DNA of 64,000 bases from an uncultured virus (IMG/VR IMGVR_UViG_3300045815_000012). Taxonomy: Duplodnaviria > Heunggongvirae > Uroviricota > Caudoviricetes. The position numbers and the translations under genes were made by a program. The stretch lies in the IMG/VR virus record IMGVR_UViG_3300045815_000012, one strand, 5' to 3'. The notes under the pieces were generated by a model. The model had not been told where the DNA came from and ran no database searches. It saw only the letters and a list, made by a program, of their open reading frames with translations. Positions 28,841-38,585 of this stretch are shown in pieces. The first letter of the stretch is position 1; each line of letters starts with the position of its first letter.

Positions 28841-29263
28841 TTATTCCACCTCCAACAACTCTGGATTTTCGTAGATGTTGCCGATTACTTCACTCTCCCA
28901 ATAGTCATTATTTGCTCCGTACATTTGTGGTTTCACAACTTTTGATAACAGCTCATAGCCCCAGCCGACAATATGAACGTGAAACGCTCCTTCATGAAAT
29001 TTAACTATTCCGACAGCTTTTTCAATTCCATCTTTTCCAGTAGGTATTTCAATAGTTCTAAAATTTTTAATAAAGCAATCACCATCGAATATCTCCACGC
29101 CGTTCTTGTCTTTGAGGCCTGTTGATTGCATGAATTCTACTTCAAAATCTGCACCTACGCAGAAATGGTCAAATCTAACTCCGAATGAATCATCATAATA
29201 TTCAATCTCACCATAACTCATTCGTTTATCTTCTTTATCCCACGCTCTAAACTTCGGTATCAT
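28841..29263 (-). CDS. YopX family protein
   Basis: MIPKFRAWD...MQSTGLKDKNGVEIFDGD...EVIGNIYENPELL. Confidence 0.92.
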   Translation of the reverse strand: MIPKFRAWDKEDKRMSYGEIEYYDDSFGVRFDHFCVGADFEVEFMQSTGLKDKNGVEIFDGDCFIKNFRTIEIPTGKDGIEKAVGIVKFHEGAFHVHIVGWGYELLSKVVKPQMYGANNDYWESEVIGNIYENPELLEVE

Positions 29264-29284
29264 TTTAATCCACTCCTTTTTTGT

Positions 29285-29451
29285 TGTATAATATGTGAGA
29301 GCTGGTACTCCTTTTTTATTGATCCTTTCAATGTCCAGCTCACTGACCACTGACTTATCCCGGTGGTCTTTTTGTGCTAAAATAAACCTGCCTAGCGGAA
29401 ACTAGGCGAAAGTTTCTTTTTCCAAGGCAGCCAGTGGTCGGCTGTCTTTTT
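29285..29451 (+). ncRNA. Two tandem putative sRNA units antisense to the early operon
   Basis: -10 boxes at 29287 and 29378; each has a 5' hairpin, CU-rich single strand and terminator (ends 29373 and 29451). Confidence 0.65.
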
Positions 29452-29468
29452 CTATGCAGTTGGGTCGG

Positions 29469-29675
29469 TTAGCAGAAGAAGCGCTTGATGTTCTGTTTAA
29501 GCGTCTCTAGGGCACCGTCATGTGTCTTTTCAAGCTGTCTGACATAGTTCTTTGATTGTTCAATTCCATCTAAATAGCCTTGAGTGTACTCGTCCTTATA
29601 CGCCGGATATTCAGGATCAGTAGAATTAATATCTTCGATGGTCCACAGCTTATCTAACTCATCTGAGAACTTCAT
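29469..29675 (-). CDS. Hypothetical phage protein
   Basis: MKFSDEL start; ATGA-coupled. Confidence 0.55.
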   Translation of the reverse strand: MKFSDELDKLWTIEDINSTDPEYPAYKDEYTQGYLDGIEQSKNYVRQLEKTHDGALETLKQNIKRFFC

Positions 29676-29851
29676 TTTGCTGCCAACTTTCTTCCACATT
29701 CATGGCAAAACTTCCGTCTGATATAAATACAAGTGCCGTCTTCGTATCCTTCCGGGTAAGCTTTAATACGAATAGTTCTTCCTGTTGTATCAACGTGCAC
29801 ATAATCTTTGCTTTCTACTTCATGAATTGAACCGTCGCAATATTTACACAT
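29672..29851 (-). CDS. 59-aa Zn-finger protein
   Basis: MCKYC...FCHECGRKL; GAGGTGG RBS. Confidence 0.7.
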   Translation of the reverse strand: MCKYCDGSIHEVESKDYVHVDTTGRTIRIKAYPEGYEDGTCIYIRRKFCHECGRKLAAK

Positions 29852-30406
29852 CTATTCCGCCACCTCTTTCACCGATTTCCAAGAAATATTGTGGACTATA
29901 TTGAACATAGTTGCATTAGCGACATGGTACATTTTTCTCAATTCTGCTTGACTCACTCCAGCTTTGTATTGTTTTCTAATTTCTTGGATTTTTTCTTCCG
30001 TAAATTTAGCTTCTGGGTGTCGCGATCCCTGGCAATAAAGTTTATTTTTTGCTGCATGTCTTTTGTTTTCCGCATCGGTTACCCATTCAAGGTTGTTCGC
30101 ATTATTGTTACTTTTATCTCCATCAATATGATTCACATATTTTTTCTCTTTAGTTTTTCCATCAACAAAGCAAACAGCCACCAATCTGTGGAGCTTATAT
30201 CTAGTACATGTATGCTTGTTTTTGTTTGTTATATTTACAAATTTGTACCCTCGATTAGTTTTTAAAATATTAAGTTCTTTACCTTCGTACCAACTTTTTA
30301 TTCCATCTTTTCTGTAAATAAATCTACTGATACTTCTCACTCTGCCGAAATTGGATATCTCGTATAAATGGCCTTCCAGCTCAATTGTTTTCCATTCTTC
30401 ATTCAC
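29852..30406 (-). CDS. NUMOD4-HNH homing endonuclease
   Basis: EEWKTI...YEISNFGRVRS; HRLVA...VNHIDGDKSNN...NLEW. Confidence 0.92.
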   Translation of the reverse strand: MNEEWKTIELEGHLYEISNFGRVRSISRFIYRKDGIKSWYEGKELNILKTNRGYKFVNITNKNKHTCTRYKLHRLVAVCFVDGKTKEKKYVNHIDGDKSNNNANNLEWVTDAENKRHAAKNKLYCQGSRHPEAKFTEEKIQEIRKQYKAGVSQAELRKMYHVANATMFNIVHNISWKSVKEVAE

Positions 30407-30866
30407 TAGATTCGCACCCCCATTCTGCGAAGGCTGCTAGGACTTCAAACTGTGCTGCCTCAGTCAGATAGCGATAATTTTTGTATGGAGGTTGAAGTCT
30501 CCATCTATCTGAGTTCGAATTAACTCTAAGCCGCCAGATTAGTTCAATTGGTTCTATATCAGTAGTTTTGTATTTTTTCTTCAGCCATTCCAATACGATC
30601 TGTTGGTTTTCGTTGAATTTCAGGGGTTTTATAAATACTTCTTCCCATTCACTATCAGCTTCATTCATCTGCAGCAGATATCCTTGTTTTACTTGTGCAA
30701 GGACTGTTTGATATCCCATGTCATCTCCGTCAAGATACATTCCATTTAAATAACTCTGAGCTGAATCTACTGCTTTTCTATATTCTTTTTCAGCCATTTC
30801 TTTGTCAGCAGCGCAAATGAGACCATCCTCTTTGTCGTAAACAATATATTGTTCTTCCATTTTCAC
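30399..30866 (-). CDS. Hypothetical phage protein
   Basis: ORF track; NENQQIVLEWL domain. Confidence 0.65.
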   Translation of the reverse strand: MKMEEQYIVYDKEDGLICAADKEMAEKEYRKAVDSAQSYLNGMYLDGDDMGYQTVLAQVKQGYLLQMNEADSEWEEVFIKPLKFNENQQIVLEWLKKKYKTTDIEPIELIWRLRVNSNSDRWRLQPPYKNYRYLTEAAQFEVLAAFAEWGCESSE

Positions 30867-30868
30867 AC

Positions 30869-31399
30869 CTACACTTTCTCGACTGTGCCGCCAGCGATAT
30901 ATGCGGTATATTGAGCCATTTCTTTATCATCAAAATGAATTGCTCCTGATCCGTGCTTATCACCGTTTCCTGTCCATCCGGTTGATTTACCTTTACCTAT
31001 GGAAAGACTAGTCAAATAGCCTCGCTTGCCTAACACAACCCACTTCTGCTCCTCCTCGACCTCGTAGCCGTCTAGCCATGCGCGAGCTAGAATATCGTAA
31101 TTTTGTTTGTCTTGTCGCAGCCATTCTTCAGTATTACGAGCAAAGTTTGATTCAAAAGCTTCTGGTGCAAGTAAGTCAGTCAAGATCCAATTTAATTCCA
31201 GACATTTTGAAATCCACTTAGCTGCAAATGCTGGCACTTTGACTTTCTGCTGCTCGTATAGGTGTTCAATATAATTAATTAATTTGTTTCCTTGGACGTA
31301 TCCAGGACATGTTTTATGATATGCGCTAAAACTAAAATTTAAATCTTCTTTTGCTCTGTTAACAAAAGTAATAAGTTCTTCTTTTTCTAGTTTATTCAT
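30869..31399 (-). CDS. DUF1642-like protein
   Basis: KVKVPAFAAKWI...ARAWLDGYEVEEE. Confidence 0.8.
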   Translation of the reverse strand: MNKLEKEELITFVNRAKEDLNFSFSAYHKTCPGYVQGNKLINYIEHLYEQQKVKVPAFAAKWISKCLELNWILTDLLAPEAFESNFARNTEEWLRQDKQNYDILARAWLDGYEVEEEQKWVVLGKRGYLTSLSIGKGKSTGWTGNGDKHGSGAIHFDDKEMAQYTAYIAGGTVEKV

Positions 31400-31446
31400 T
31401 TCATACCTCTTTTCTATTTGATAGGCTGAGTTAGCCGAGCTACGTT

Positions 31447-31743
31447 CTAATCAATCACTTTTAATACATCGTCATCAATAAACTTAAACCGATCTTGATG
31501 TAACAAGTTTTTCCAGTTGTATTTTTCATTTAAATAGTTCATTTCCCTTTTGAGCTTATCAATCTCAGCAATACATAATTCAGACTGACTAACAGCTTGC
31601 CAATACTTTTGTGTTGTATGCGAAGGAGTCAATGCTAACTCTTGAATAATTTGATCTGCTCGACTCTTTTTCTTAACGTACTGCTTCAAAATTTTTACTT
31701 GTTCTTTGAGGATCAGTCCGTAATATCGATCCATGATATCCAT
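31447..31743 (-). CDS. Hypothetical (DUF1140-like) protein
   Basis: AAGGAGG RBS; family call tentative. Confidence 0.6.
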   Translation of the reverse strand: MDIMDRYYGLILKEQVKILKQYVKKKSRADQIIQELALTPSHTTQKYWQAVSQSELCIAEIDKLKREMNYLNEKYNWKNLLHQDRFKFIDDDVLKVID

Positions 31744-31769
31744 TTTTAGATCCTCCTTTATTGGCGTGG

Positions 31770-31949
31770 TTACTGGAACTTTCTTTTTCTAAAAGCAAAT
31801 AAAGATTTTCCACATTCTGGACACGAATCCAATTTTCTTTTTTGCTTTTCAGTTAATGAACTACAATACCCACAGTGTTGTCCTTTTAATGGAGTCGGTC
31901 CGGTTAATTTCCAAGCGGTGAACCGCGGTAATCTATCATCTGGTATCAT
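31770..31949 (-). CDS. Small Zn-ribbon protein
   Basis: CGYC...CPECG; MIPDD start. Confidence 0.65.
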   Translation of the reverse strand: MIPDDRLPRFTAWKLTGPTPLKGQHCGYCSSLTEKQKRKLDSCPECGKSLFAFRKRKFQ

Positions 31950-32113
31950 TCGCCGTCCTCCTGTTCTTTTGGCCACACATGAATAGAAATCAATTGCTTG
32001 CAGCCTTGCAGTATCCGTGCAGATTCTTCCGCCTCTTTAAGACTGTCCGCATGTAAATAGCAGACTGCTATCCGATCGTTATGAGAAATATATTTAACTT
32101 GATATTGATTCAT
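31946..32113 (-). CDS. 55-aa hypothetical protein
   Basis: MNQYQVKY...; GGAGAGG RBS. Confidence 0.6.
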   Translation of the reverse strand: MNQYQVKYISHNDRIAVCYLHADSLKEAEESARILQGCKQLISIHVWPKEQEDGE

Positions 32114-32147
32114 TTAAAAACCTCTCCTATTGCCTTCGTTTCTGGAA

Positions 32148-32423
32148 TTACACTTCTTCTCTTTGACATTTCTCTCCGTTTTCAAAAATATCAGTTAGGT
32201 GAGCTTCCATCTCTTGGTCAGACAGATGGCCAAAAGGCTCCCAGTTAAAGGTATAATCGCCTGATCCGTCAAAACTGATTGGCATTAACTCCAACCCGTA
32301 TGATCCGAAACCGCAAATCACACTTGCACCCCAACCATTAGGGAACTTGTAAACTCGATGATTAGCAATCGTATTATCTCCATGAGTCATGTATTCTTGG
32401 TATTTATTACATTCTGTTCTCAT
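32148..32423 (-). CDS. Hypothetical phage protein
   Basis: YKFPNGWGASVI...SYGLEL motif. Confidence 0.7.
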   Translation of the reverse strand: MRTECNKYQEYMTHGDNTIANHRVYKFPNGWGASVICGFGSYGLELMPISFDGSGDYTFNWEPFGHLSDQEMEAHLTDIFENGEKCQREEV

Positions 32424-32457
32424 TTATTTTCCTCCTCTAAGCCCGTCGTTTGCGGAA

Positions 32458-32766
32458 CTATTCGTATTCAACATCCGTATCATACGGATTAAAAATTACG
32501 TTCACATGCTTATTAAGTTGTTTCTCCTCTGACTCGCTCAACCAATACGGCTTTTCACCATCTCTGAGAGGTGTGCCCACGCCTTCAATAAACGTCGCAT
32601 TGTTATGGACAATGTTGTAAGCGATATGTTCGGCTAACTGTTCCAAATCATAAAAGTCATAGAAAAACTCTCTAAATTCTTCGAACCATTCATCGGTAAA
32701 ATATGATTCATCAAGTTTCACTTTTACTTTATCTCGTCTAGTCATTTCAATTTTTAACGTCTTCAT
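32458..32766 (-). CDS. Acidic hypothetical phage protein
   Basis: MKTLKI start with GAGGAGG RBS. Confidence 0.65.
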   Translation of the reverse strand: MKTLKIEMTRRDKVKVKLDESYFTDEWFEEFREFFYDFYDLEQLAEHIAYNIVHNNATFIEGVGTPLRDGEKPYWLSESEEKQLNKHVNVIFNPYDTDVEYE

Positions 32767-32797
32767 TTTTTCCTCCTCTAAGTCCTCCGTTAGTGGA

Positions 32798-33031
32798 TCA
32801 ATAATGATAAAATTGGTGAACAATTTGTTGGCAACCGCTCAGAAAATCTTCTAGCTGGCTGTACTCAGCGTCAGACCAATCCTCGATGTCAGGAAATGAA
32901 TCTATATCAGTAGAAGTTGCACCGTAGCCGCTTTCTTTAGTCTCCACTTTATTTGTTACTCCTTCATTTTCTACTTCAAACGTGATTGTAGAAGATTCAA
33001 AATCATGATTGAAATTTTTAATGTAAATCAT
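32798..33031 (-). CDS. Acidic hypothetical phage protein
   Basis: GAGGGA RBS. Confidence 0.65.
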   Translation of the reverse strand: MIYIKNFNHDFESSTITFEVENEGVTNKVETKESGYGATSTDIDSFPDIEDWSDAEYSQLEDFLSGCQQIVHQFYHY

Positions 33032-33086
33032 CTAATTCCCTCTTTTCCTTTTCCTCTGCTAATGCCCCAAACTAAGTAACTTTACG

Positions 33087-33353
33087 CTACTCAATCTCAA
33101 CGGCTTCTTGTTTTCTAACGATCACCCGATGGCCCAAGTTTCTCAATGTAGCACCGTCAGCTTCATGCCAATTCACAATTTCAAAACACGCCGTATGTTT
33201 ATACTCGTTAATCAATTTCCCAACGATCGAATAGATGCATTTTTCGTAATCCAGCTTGTAATATTTGTCCGGATTTAATTGCGGTCTCTTTGGCGATAAC
33301 GTGTTGTTCGTCGCGAGAAACTTACCAAATTTTCTATTATTGGTTGTATTCAT
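33087..33353 (-). CDS. Hypothetical phage protein
   Basis: AGGAGG RBS. Confidence 0.65.
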   Translation of the reverse strand: MNTTNNRKFGKFLATNNTLSPKRPQLNPDKYYKLDYEKCIYSIVGKLINEYKHTACFEIVNWHEADGATLRNLGHRVIVRKQEAVEIE

Positions 33354-33382
33354 TAGACCCTCCTATTTCAATTGAAATATTT

Positions 33383-33697
33383 TTATTTCTTATTAACAAT
33401 CCGCAAAGCGTCCTCGACAGACCTTGCGACTCCATATAGAACAGGCTGCTTTTTTAAAAATTCGCCGAATCGTATTTGATCTGGTCGAAGTTTGCCTGTT
33501 TCGTTTTTGACTTCGATATAGATCGATTTTCCATCTGAATTTCTATGCCCACACAGATCAGGGAATCCTTTTGGCATTCCATAAAATTGTCTTCCTTCGA
33601 TCGTAGTTACCTGTCCAGCGTTTGATCTAAAAATGGTACAACCGTTCTTTGATAAGGCAATTCTGATCTCATCTTGTATTTGATGTTCTGATTTCAA
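33383..33697 (-). CDS. VRR-NUC nuclease
   Basis: SEHQIQ...GFPDL...IEVKNETGKLRPDQ. Confidence 0.9.
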   Translation of the reverse strand: MKSEHQIQDEIRIALSKNGCTIFRSNAGQVTTIEGRQFYGMPKGFPDLCGHRNSDGKSIYIEVKNETGKLRPDQIRFGEFLKKQPVLYGVARSVEDALRIVNKK

Positions 33698-33699
33698 TG

Positions 33700-33940
33700 T
33701 AACCCTCCCTATTGATAATCGTTGATATAATAGGCTTTCTTAGTAAAACAGGGATAGTTCTGGAGGGTTTGTACCAAAAACCTATTCTTTTTTATATAAT
33801 TTACTTTTCATTTTTTACTTTAATACTTTATTATTTTTTTTAAACCCTCCCTAAAAAGAAGAAAATGTAATATAAGTATTGATATATAAGGTTTTTTGTA
33901 CAGGGAGGGTTACATTCAAACTCTCCCTAAACCCTCCCTA
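33700..33940. other. Probable replication origin
   Basis: AACCCTCCCT repeats in both orientations around an AT-rich tract, directly after the primase. Confidence 0.65.
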
Positions 33941-36250
33941 TTTAAACAATTCTCGAACGTTATCGTATTTTCTTGGTTTCAGTGTTATTCCTGTATAAAC
34001 CATTACGCCATCAGATTTTTTTTTGGTATATTTCTTTGAAATCTCTCTACCGAATTTCGTATTTGTAAATGTATGCTCTCCATTGTCCAACGCCCATTCA
34101 CGATAAACTTTGTATAATTCTCCGCCTGATATTTTTAGTCCTGTGCCTGTTTCGCAACATGTTTCAACAAATGTACCTATCTGGTCCATTTCACTGCGAT
34201 AATCCTGACTGGCTGCAACAACTGACGGTGGTTTTTTCAAGCCCTCTCTCTGCCACATTAAGCAACCATCGATGGCCCATTTTAAAATGCCTTGCAGTTC
34301 TGTTTGCAGTTTGTATTTCAAGTTTTTATCTTTCTTGTGGTCAGGAATCTGTACAATAAACGGAATTAGGTTCAATCTCCGCCAAATACCATCGTCGGTT
34401 CCGCGAATAATCGGTTTGTGGTTTGTCGCTAACCATAATTTGAATTCAGGTTCAAACTCAAATTCTTTCCCATAAAGATGCCGTGCAGTTACCTTATCGC
34501 CACCCGTCAACTGTTTTACTAAGCCTTCGTCCAATCGGACGCCTTCGTTTGGTTCTGACGATGTAACTAATCGTGCGCCTTTCAATCTTGCAATATCACT
34601 GTTTGCCGATGATTGATTCTGTTTCACCATGATCGTTTGCGCTTGCATAGTCATAGCATAATTCCCCATGAGTTCTGAAATGATTTCCAAGAATACAGAT
34701 TTACCATTCGAACCGTGACCATAAAGAATGAACATGCACTGCTCTCTCGTGGAACCTGTGAGTGAGTATCCGACACACTTTTGAATGTACTCGATTAATT
34801 CTTGATCATTGTTAAATATCTGATTGATGAACTCTTCCCACATTGGATAATCAACCGATTCAGTATATTCAACGTCTGAAATGCGAGTGAACATTTTTCT
34901 AATTTCATGCTCATGTAGAAGCCCATTATTGAGTGACAAATATCCGCTTTGCGTATTGAATAATGATTTGTCTCGATCGAATTCTTCAGGCAACACAGAT
35001 AAACGGTGTTTTAATTCGTCCATCATTGCATTTTTACCAGCGTTGCTTCGAGATCGTTTGACGTGCTTTTCTTTTGCTTTTTCTAACGCTTCTCTTGTTT
35101 CTTCATCGGCTCCTTCCGGAACGGATAAAGGTTCTTTCCCCATGATTTCAACAGTTGTATCGACCATTTTCCGAACTTCACCGGTATTATCTTGCATCCA
35201 GACTTTTCCATCATAGTAATACCATGATTTGTCAATATAGGAATACCGGACTAACGTTCCATAAATATCATTAAAACGATCTGCATTTCCTGTGTCGTCA
35301 TATGAGTAAAATTTCTTTTCTTTAAGTTGTTCTTGGTCTTTGATATAGATCCTAAAATCAGATTTACGTTTCGGGTTATAAACGGAGTTCGTGTCGGCAA
35401 TCGCTTTATTTAGAAGACCTTCACCATAAGTTGTGGCGCCTCTTTTTTGATCATATTTACTTCGGATCATTGCTGACGAACGAAAAATTTCATCCATCTT
35501 TCCAAAATCTCTACCTGTCCAGAATGCTAGGTCATTTGCAAAAGCCATATCTGCTTCTGATTGAGAAGAATAAAATGCTTCCCAACCGCCATCCATAAAA
35601 ACTTTAAAGCGTGCCCCTTGAGAAGAAGCCAGCGCTCGCTTAACAATTTCATCGATTGGCAATTCTACTGTATTCATCAAAGGGTTCTCTTCTTTAAATT
35701 GAATAACTTTAGAATCGCCTACATAACGATCATATAAACGCTTAATATTTTTGGGATTAGGATCCGAAACATCTAAATAGCTAGATGCTGCATTGCCTGT
35801 CATAACGAAAAACCGTCCATCTTGATACATCTCAACATCACCTTTGCGACGCCTTCCGCCGGGCAGTTCTCCCCTAGCGATAATGTGGATGCCAGTACCT
35901 GACTGCGAATATTCAGCATAAGACTTCATGCTTTCTATGAATTCATAAATGATATTCTCTTCCACATCTCCTGTTTTATATCGCTCGACTTCACCTTCTG
36001 CGTTATCAATATCAATTCCAAAATATGGCGGTTTGAAGAAAAAACCTAATCCACTCATATCGAATGTGCTAACAGCATCGAGAGCGGTCTGGAAATCAGA
36101 CCATGTGCTCTCATCGTTAGATTTTGCTTTATATCCATTGTTTGCGTTATAAGGAATCTTTGTGTGTTTGTTTCTTTTTTCATCCCAAACTAGCTTGTAA
36201 ACACACCACTGTTTGAGATTTTTAAGCTCTGTTGGGATTTTTTCGTACAT
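33938..36250 (-). CDS. Primase-polymerase / P4-D5 family helicase
   Basis: GIDID, SQSGTGIH, GHGSNGKS, TNHKP...DDGIWRR. Confidence 0.93.
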   Translation of the reverse strand: MYEKIPTELKNLKQWCVYKLVWDEKRNKHTKIPYNANNGYKAKSNDESTWSDFQTALDAVSTFDMSGLGFFFKPPYFGIDIDNAEGEVERYKTGDVEENIIYEFIESMKSYAEYSQSGTGIHIIARGELPGGRRRKGDVEMYQDGRFFVMTGNAASSYLDVSDPNPKNIKRLYDRYVGDSKVIQFKEENPLMNTVELPIDEIVKRALASSQGARFKVFMDGGWEAFYSSQSEADMAFANDLAFWTGRDFGKMDEIFRSSAMIRSKYDQKRGATTYGEGLLNKAIADTNSVYNPKRKSDFRIYIKDQEQLKEKKFYSYDDTGNADRFNDIYGTLVRYSYIDKSWYYYDGKVWMQDNTGEVRKMVDTTVEIMGKEPLSVPEGADEETREALEKAKEKHVKRSRSNAGKNAMMDELKHRLSVLPEEFDRDKSLFNTQSGYLSLNNGLLHEHEIRKMFTRISDVEYTESVDYPMWEEFINQIFNNDQELIEYIQKCVGYSLTGSTREQCMFILYGHGSNGKSVFLEIISELMGNYAMTMQAQTIMVKQNQSSANSDIARLKGARLVTSSEPNEGVRLDEGLVKQLTGGDKVTARHLYGKEFEFEPEFKLWLATNHKPIIRGTDDGIWRRLNLIPFIVQIPDHKKDKNLKYKLQTELQGILKWAIDGCLMWQREGLKKPPSVVAASQDYRSEMDQIGTFVETCCETGTGLKISGGELYKVYREWALDNGEHTFTNTKFGREISKKYTKKKSDGVMVYTGITLKPRKYDNVRELFK

Positions 36251-36265
36251 CTTTACACCTCGTGA

Positions 36266-36763
36266 TTAGAATGGTAGGTCGTCTTTTTGAACCGTTACAT
36301 CGGGACGAGCAGGTCCGAATGATGGTTCGTCTCCATTTTTAAATTGGTGATTTACTGCCCCAGTTGTATTTGTCTTTTCCCAAGACTTAACATTCACGTT
36401 TTTATAACCATTTGATTCTTCTGTTTTCACTCGAACCAACACTGGTTTTAGTACGAAATCAGCTAATAGTTCATCAAATCCGTTATAAGACTTTCCGTCT
36501 TCTAATTGCAAAGCTTGTGCGATTGCCATGACCATTCCTTCATTGTATTTTCCAGTGGCTTTAGCTTTCCAAATCTTCGCAAAAATATGTTTGTTTTGGA
36601 ATGTTTGCTCCACATCGTTTCGAACAATCAAATCGATATCGATATACTCAGCGCCTGATGGCGTGGCGTTTTCGATTGCCTTATTGACCACTACCTCATA
36701 AGCCCCGTCTTTAATCTCGTTTCCTTGTTGTGCTTTTGAAAAGTCTAAGTTAAATCCTGTCAT
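36266..36763 (-). CDS. DUF669 ssDNA-binding protein
   Basis: GAYEVVV...DDLPF tail. Confidence 0.8.
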   Translation of the reverse strand: MTGFNLDFSKAQQGNEIKDGAYEVVVNKAIENATPSGAEYIDIDLIVRNDVEQTFQNKHIFAKIWKAKATGKYNEGMVMAIAQALQLEDGKSYNGFDELLADFVLKPVLVRVKTEESNGYKNVNVKSWEKTNTTGAVNHQFKNGDEPSFGPARPDVTVQKDDLPF

Positions 36764-36765
36764 AA

Positions 36766-37236
36766 TTAATCTTCTCCTTTAGTTTGGTTGTATTTTTCTA
36801 ATATTGGTTTGAAATATTTTTCTTCAGCTGCAAGTCGTGCTGCAATTGCTTCTTCTTTGGTATAAAAAGTTCTATTTAACACAACTTTTCCTTTGAAGGT
36901 TAATTTTGCACGCCATTTATTTACGCTTTTATCCCAATAAACGCCTTTAACTCCTGTTGTGTTGTTGCTTCTAATTTTTTCTGTTAATTTGTTAATCATT
37001 ATTCCGTCTTTTCTGTATTTGTCTTCTATCTTTTTTAGATTTTGATCAGCAAGTTGCTTCATCTGACTAGTTTTTTTGCCATTTCGAAGATTACCGGGCG
37101 TAATTTCCTTGTATTCGCCTGTTATCAAGTTCTTTGCTATTACAATCTGTCCGTTGTGTTTGCTTGTTAAACCAGTGTCGCCAACAATTTTCCAGTCCCC
37201 AATTTTTTCTCCTGAATAATCTTTTCTTCCCGGCAC
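36766..37236 (-). CDS. AP2-domain DNA-binding protein (homing endonuclease-related)
   Basis: NNTTGVKGVYW...KWRA...EEAIAARLAAEEKYF. Confidence 0.85.
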   Translation of the reverse strand: MPGRKDYSGEKIGDWKIVGDTGLTSKHNGQIVIAKNLITGEYKEITPGNLRNGKKTSQMKQLADQNLKKIEDKYRKDGIMINKLTEKIRSNNTTGVKGVYWDKSVNKWRAKLTFKGKVVLNRTFYTKEEAIAARLAAEEKYFKPILEKYNQTKGED

Positions 37237-38585
37237 TACAACATCCCCTTTCTTTTAGCTGCCATATATGCCCAACCAGGTTTAAACCCTTTCGCTCTAG
37301 CGATTGCGTATAAGTCTTCAACTGTGGAAGCCTCATCTTCCGTCATGTTGTAATACTTGTTATTCTCGAAATTCAACGTAATTTTCGTTTCTCCAACTTT
37401 CATTAATTCGGCAGATTCATCAATCTCTATTTCACTTTTTCTTTCTTCAATTGGCTGTACCTCTTCGCAATACGGACAAATATTCTCACCCTTCGGTCGT
37501 TCGTATGCTCCGAAACAGAACTGACATTGAACGATTGAAATATCGCTATCCGAGTTCGCTTTTTTCTTGCTATCTAAACTCCACTCGCGATCCATATCAG
37601 GCAATCCAAAACGATTCACATTCCCCACATGGTCAATGATGATTGACATTTTATCTGGTCTGTAACGCATCCCTCTCATCGATTGTTGAATGTATAGTGA
37701 CAATGATTGAGTAGGTCTCAACATAATCACAGTTGAACAATCAGGGACATCAAATCCTTCTCCAATCAAATCAACATTGCATAATATTTTAATTTCGTGA
37801 TTTCTGAATGCTTCAATAATGTCTGCACGTTGATCTTTTGGTGTTTTTGCATCAATATGTGCTGCTTTATAACCAGCATTATTGAATATCTCGTTGGTGT
37901 GTTTGCTTGCTTCAATACTGTGGCAGTACGCTATCGCTTGTTCTCCGTCTGCTAACGTTCGATAGTGCTTCAAGACATCTCCATAAATTGTATTCTTCAC
38001 TGCTTTATCCATTGATTTCTTCGTAAAATCTCCAGTTGAAGCTTTTTTCAATTCAGCAGTATCGATTAATTTAGGTGCATAATATTCATAAGGAGCCAAC
38101 CGATGATTTTCAATCAACCATTTAGCTGATACTCCTTCAATTAATAGATCGTTAACATCTCCTAACCCACTCCCATTTAATCGGATAGGTGTTGCAGTAA
38201 AGCCTAGTCTTGGTACGTCCGAAAAATAATCATAGATTTTTCTATACGATGCTGCTAATCCATGATGATTTTCATCAGTGATGACTAATTGCGGTTTTTT
38301 AATCGTCTCAAGATGCCTTACCACCGTTTGAACCATTCCGAAATTAACCAATTTTAAATCCACACCTATCGTTTCGAAAGTCTTTTTTATTTGATCTATA
38401 AGTTCATGACGATGAACTAAAAACAAAACTCGATTGCCTTTTGAAGTCGTCATACGTGCGATTTCAGCGACCATGACCGACTTCCCTGAGCCACATGGCG
38501 AAACAATACAGGGAGCTTTAAATCCCTCGATATAAGCTTGTTTAGCACGCTTAACTAGATCATTCTGATAATCGTATAGTTTCAT
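37236..38585 (-). CDS. SF2 DEAD/DEAH helicase
   Basis: PCGSGKS, DENHH, TATP, GFDVPD. Confidence 0.92.
   Translation of the reverse strand: MKLYDYQNDLVKRAKQAYIEGFKAPCIVSPCGSGKSVMVAEIARMTTSKGNRVLFLVHRHELIDQIKKTFETIGVDLKLVNFGMVQTVVRHLETIKKPQLVITDENHHGLAASYRKIYDYFSDVPRLGFTATPIRLNGSGLGDVNDLLIEGVSAKWLIENHRLAPYEYYAPKLIDTAELKKASTGDFTKKSMDKAVKNTIYGDVLKHYRTLADGEQAIAYCHSIEASKHTNEIFNNAGYKAAHIDAKTPKDQRADIIEAFRNHEIKILCNVDLIGEGFDVPDCSTVIMLRPTQSLSLYIQQSMRGMRYRPDKMSIIIDHVGNVNRFGLPDMDREWSLDSKKKANSDSDISIVQCQFCFGAYERPKGENICPYCEEVQPIEERKSEIEIDESAELMKVGETKITLNFENNKYYNMTEDEASTVEDLYAIARAKGFKPGWAYMAAKRKGML

Noticed and set aside
29264..29350. Upstream extension of YopX
   Set aside because: The family start is MIPKFRAW with its own RBS; the extension overlaps the sRNA unit
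28630..32797. True integron attC array
   Set aside because: No paired R'/R'' hairpins and no IntI-type integrase
32148..33031. Anti-CRISPR or DNA-mimic cluster
   Set aside because: Small acidic ORFs only; no aca-like HTH gene or recognisable family
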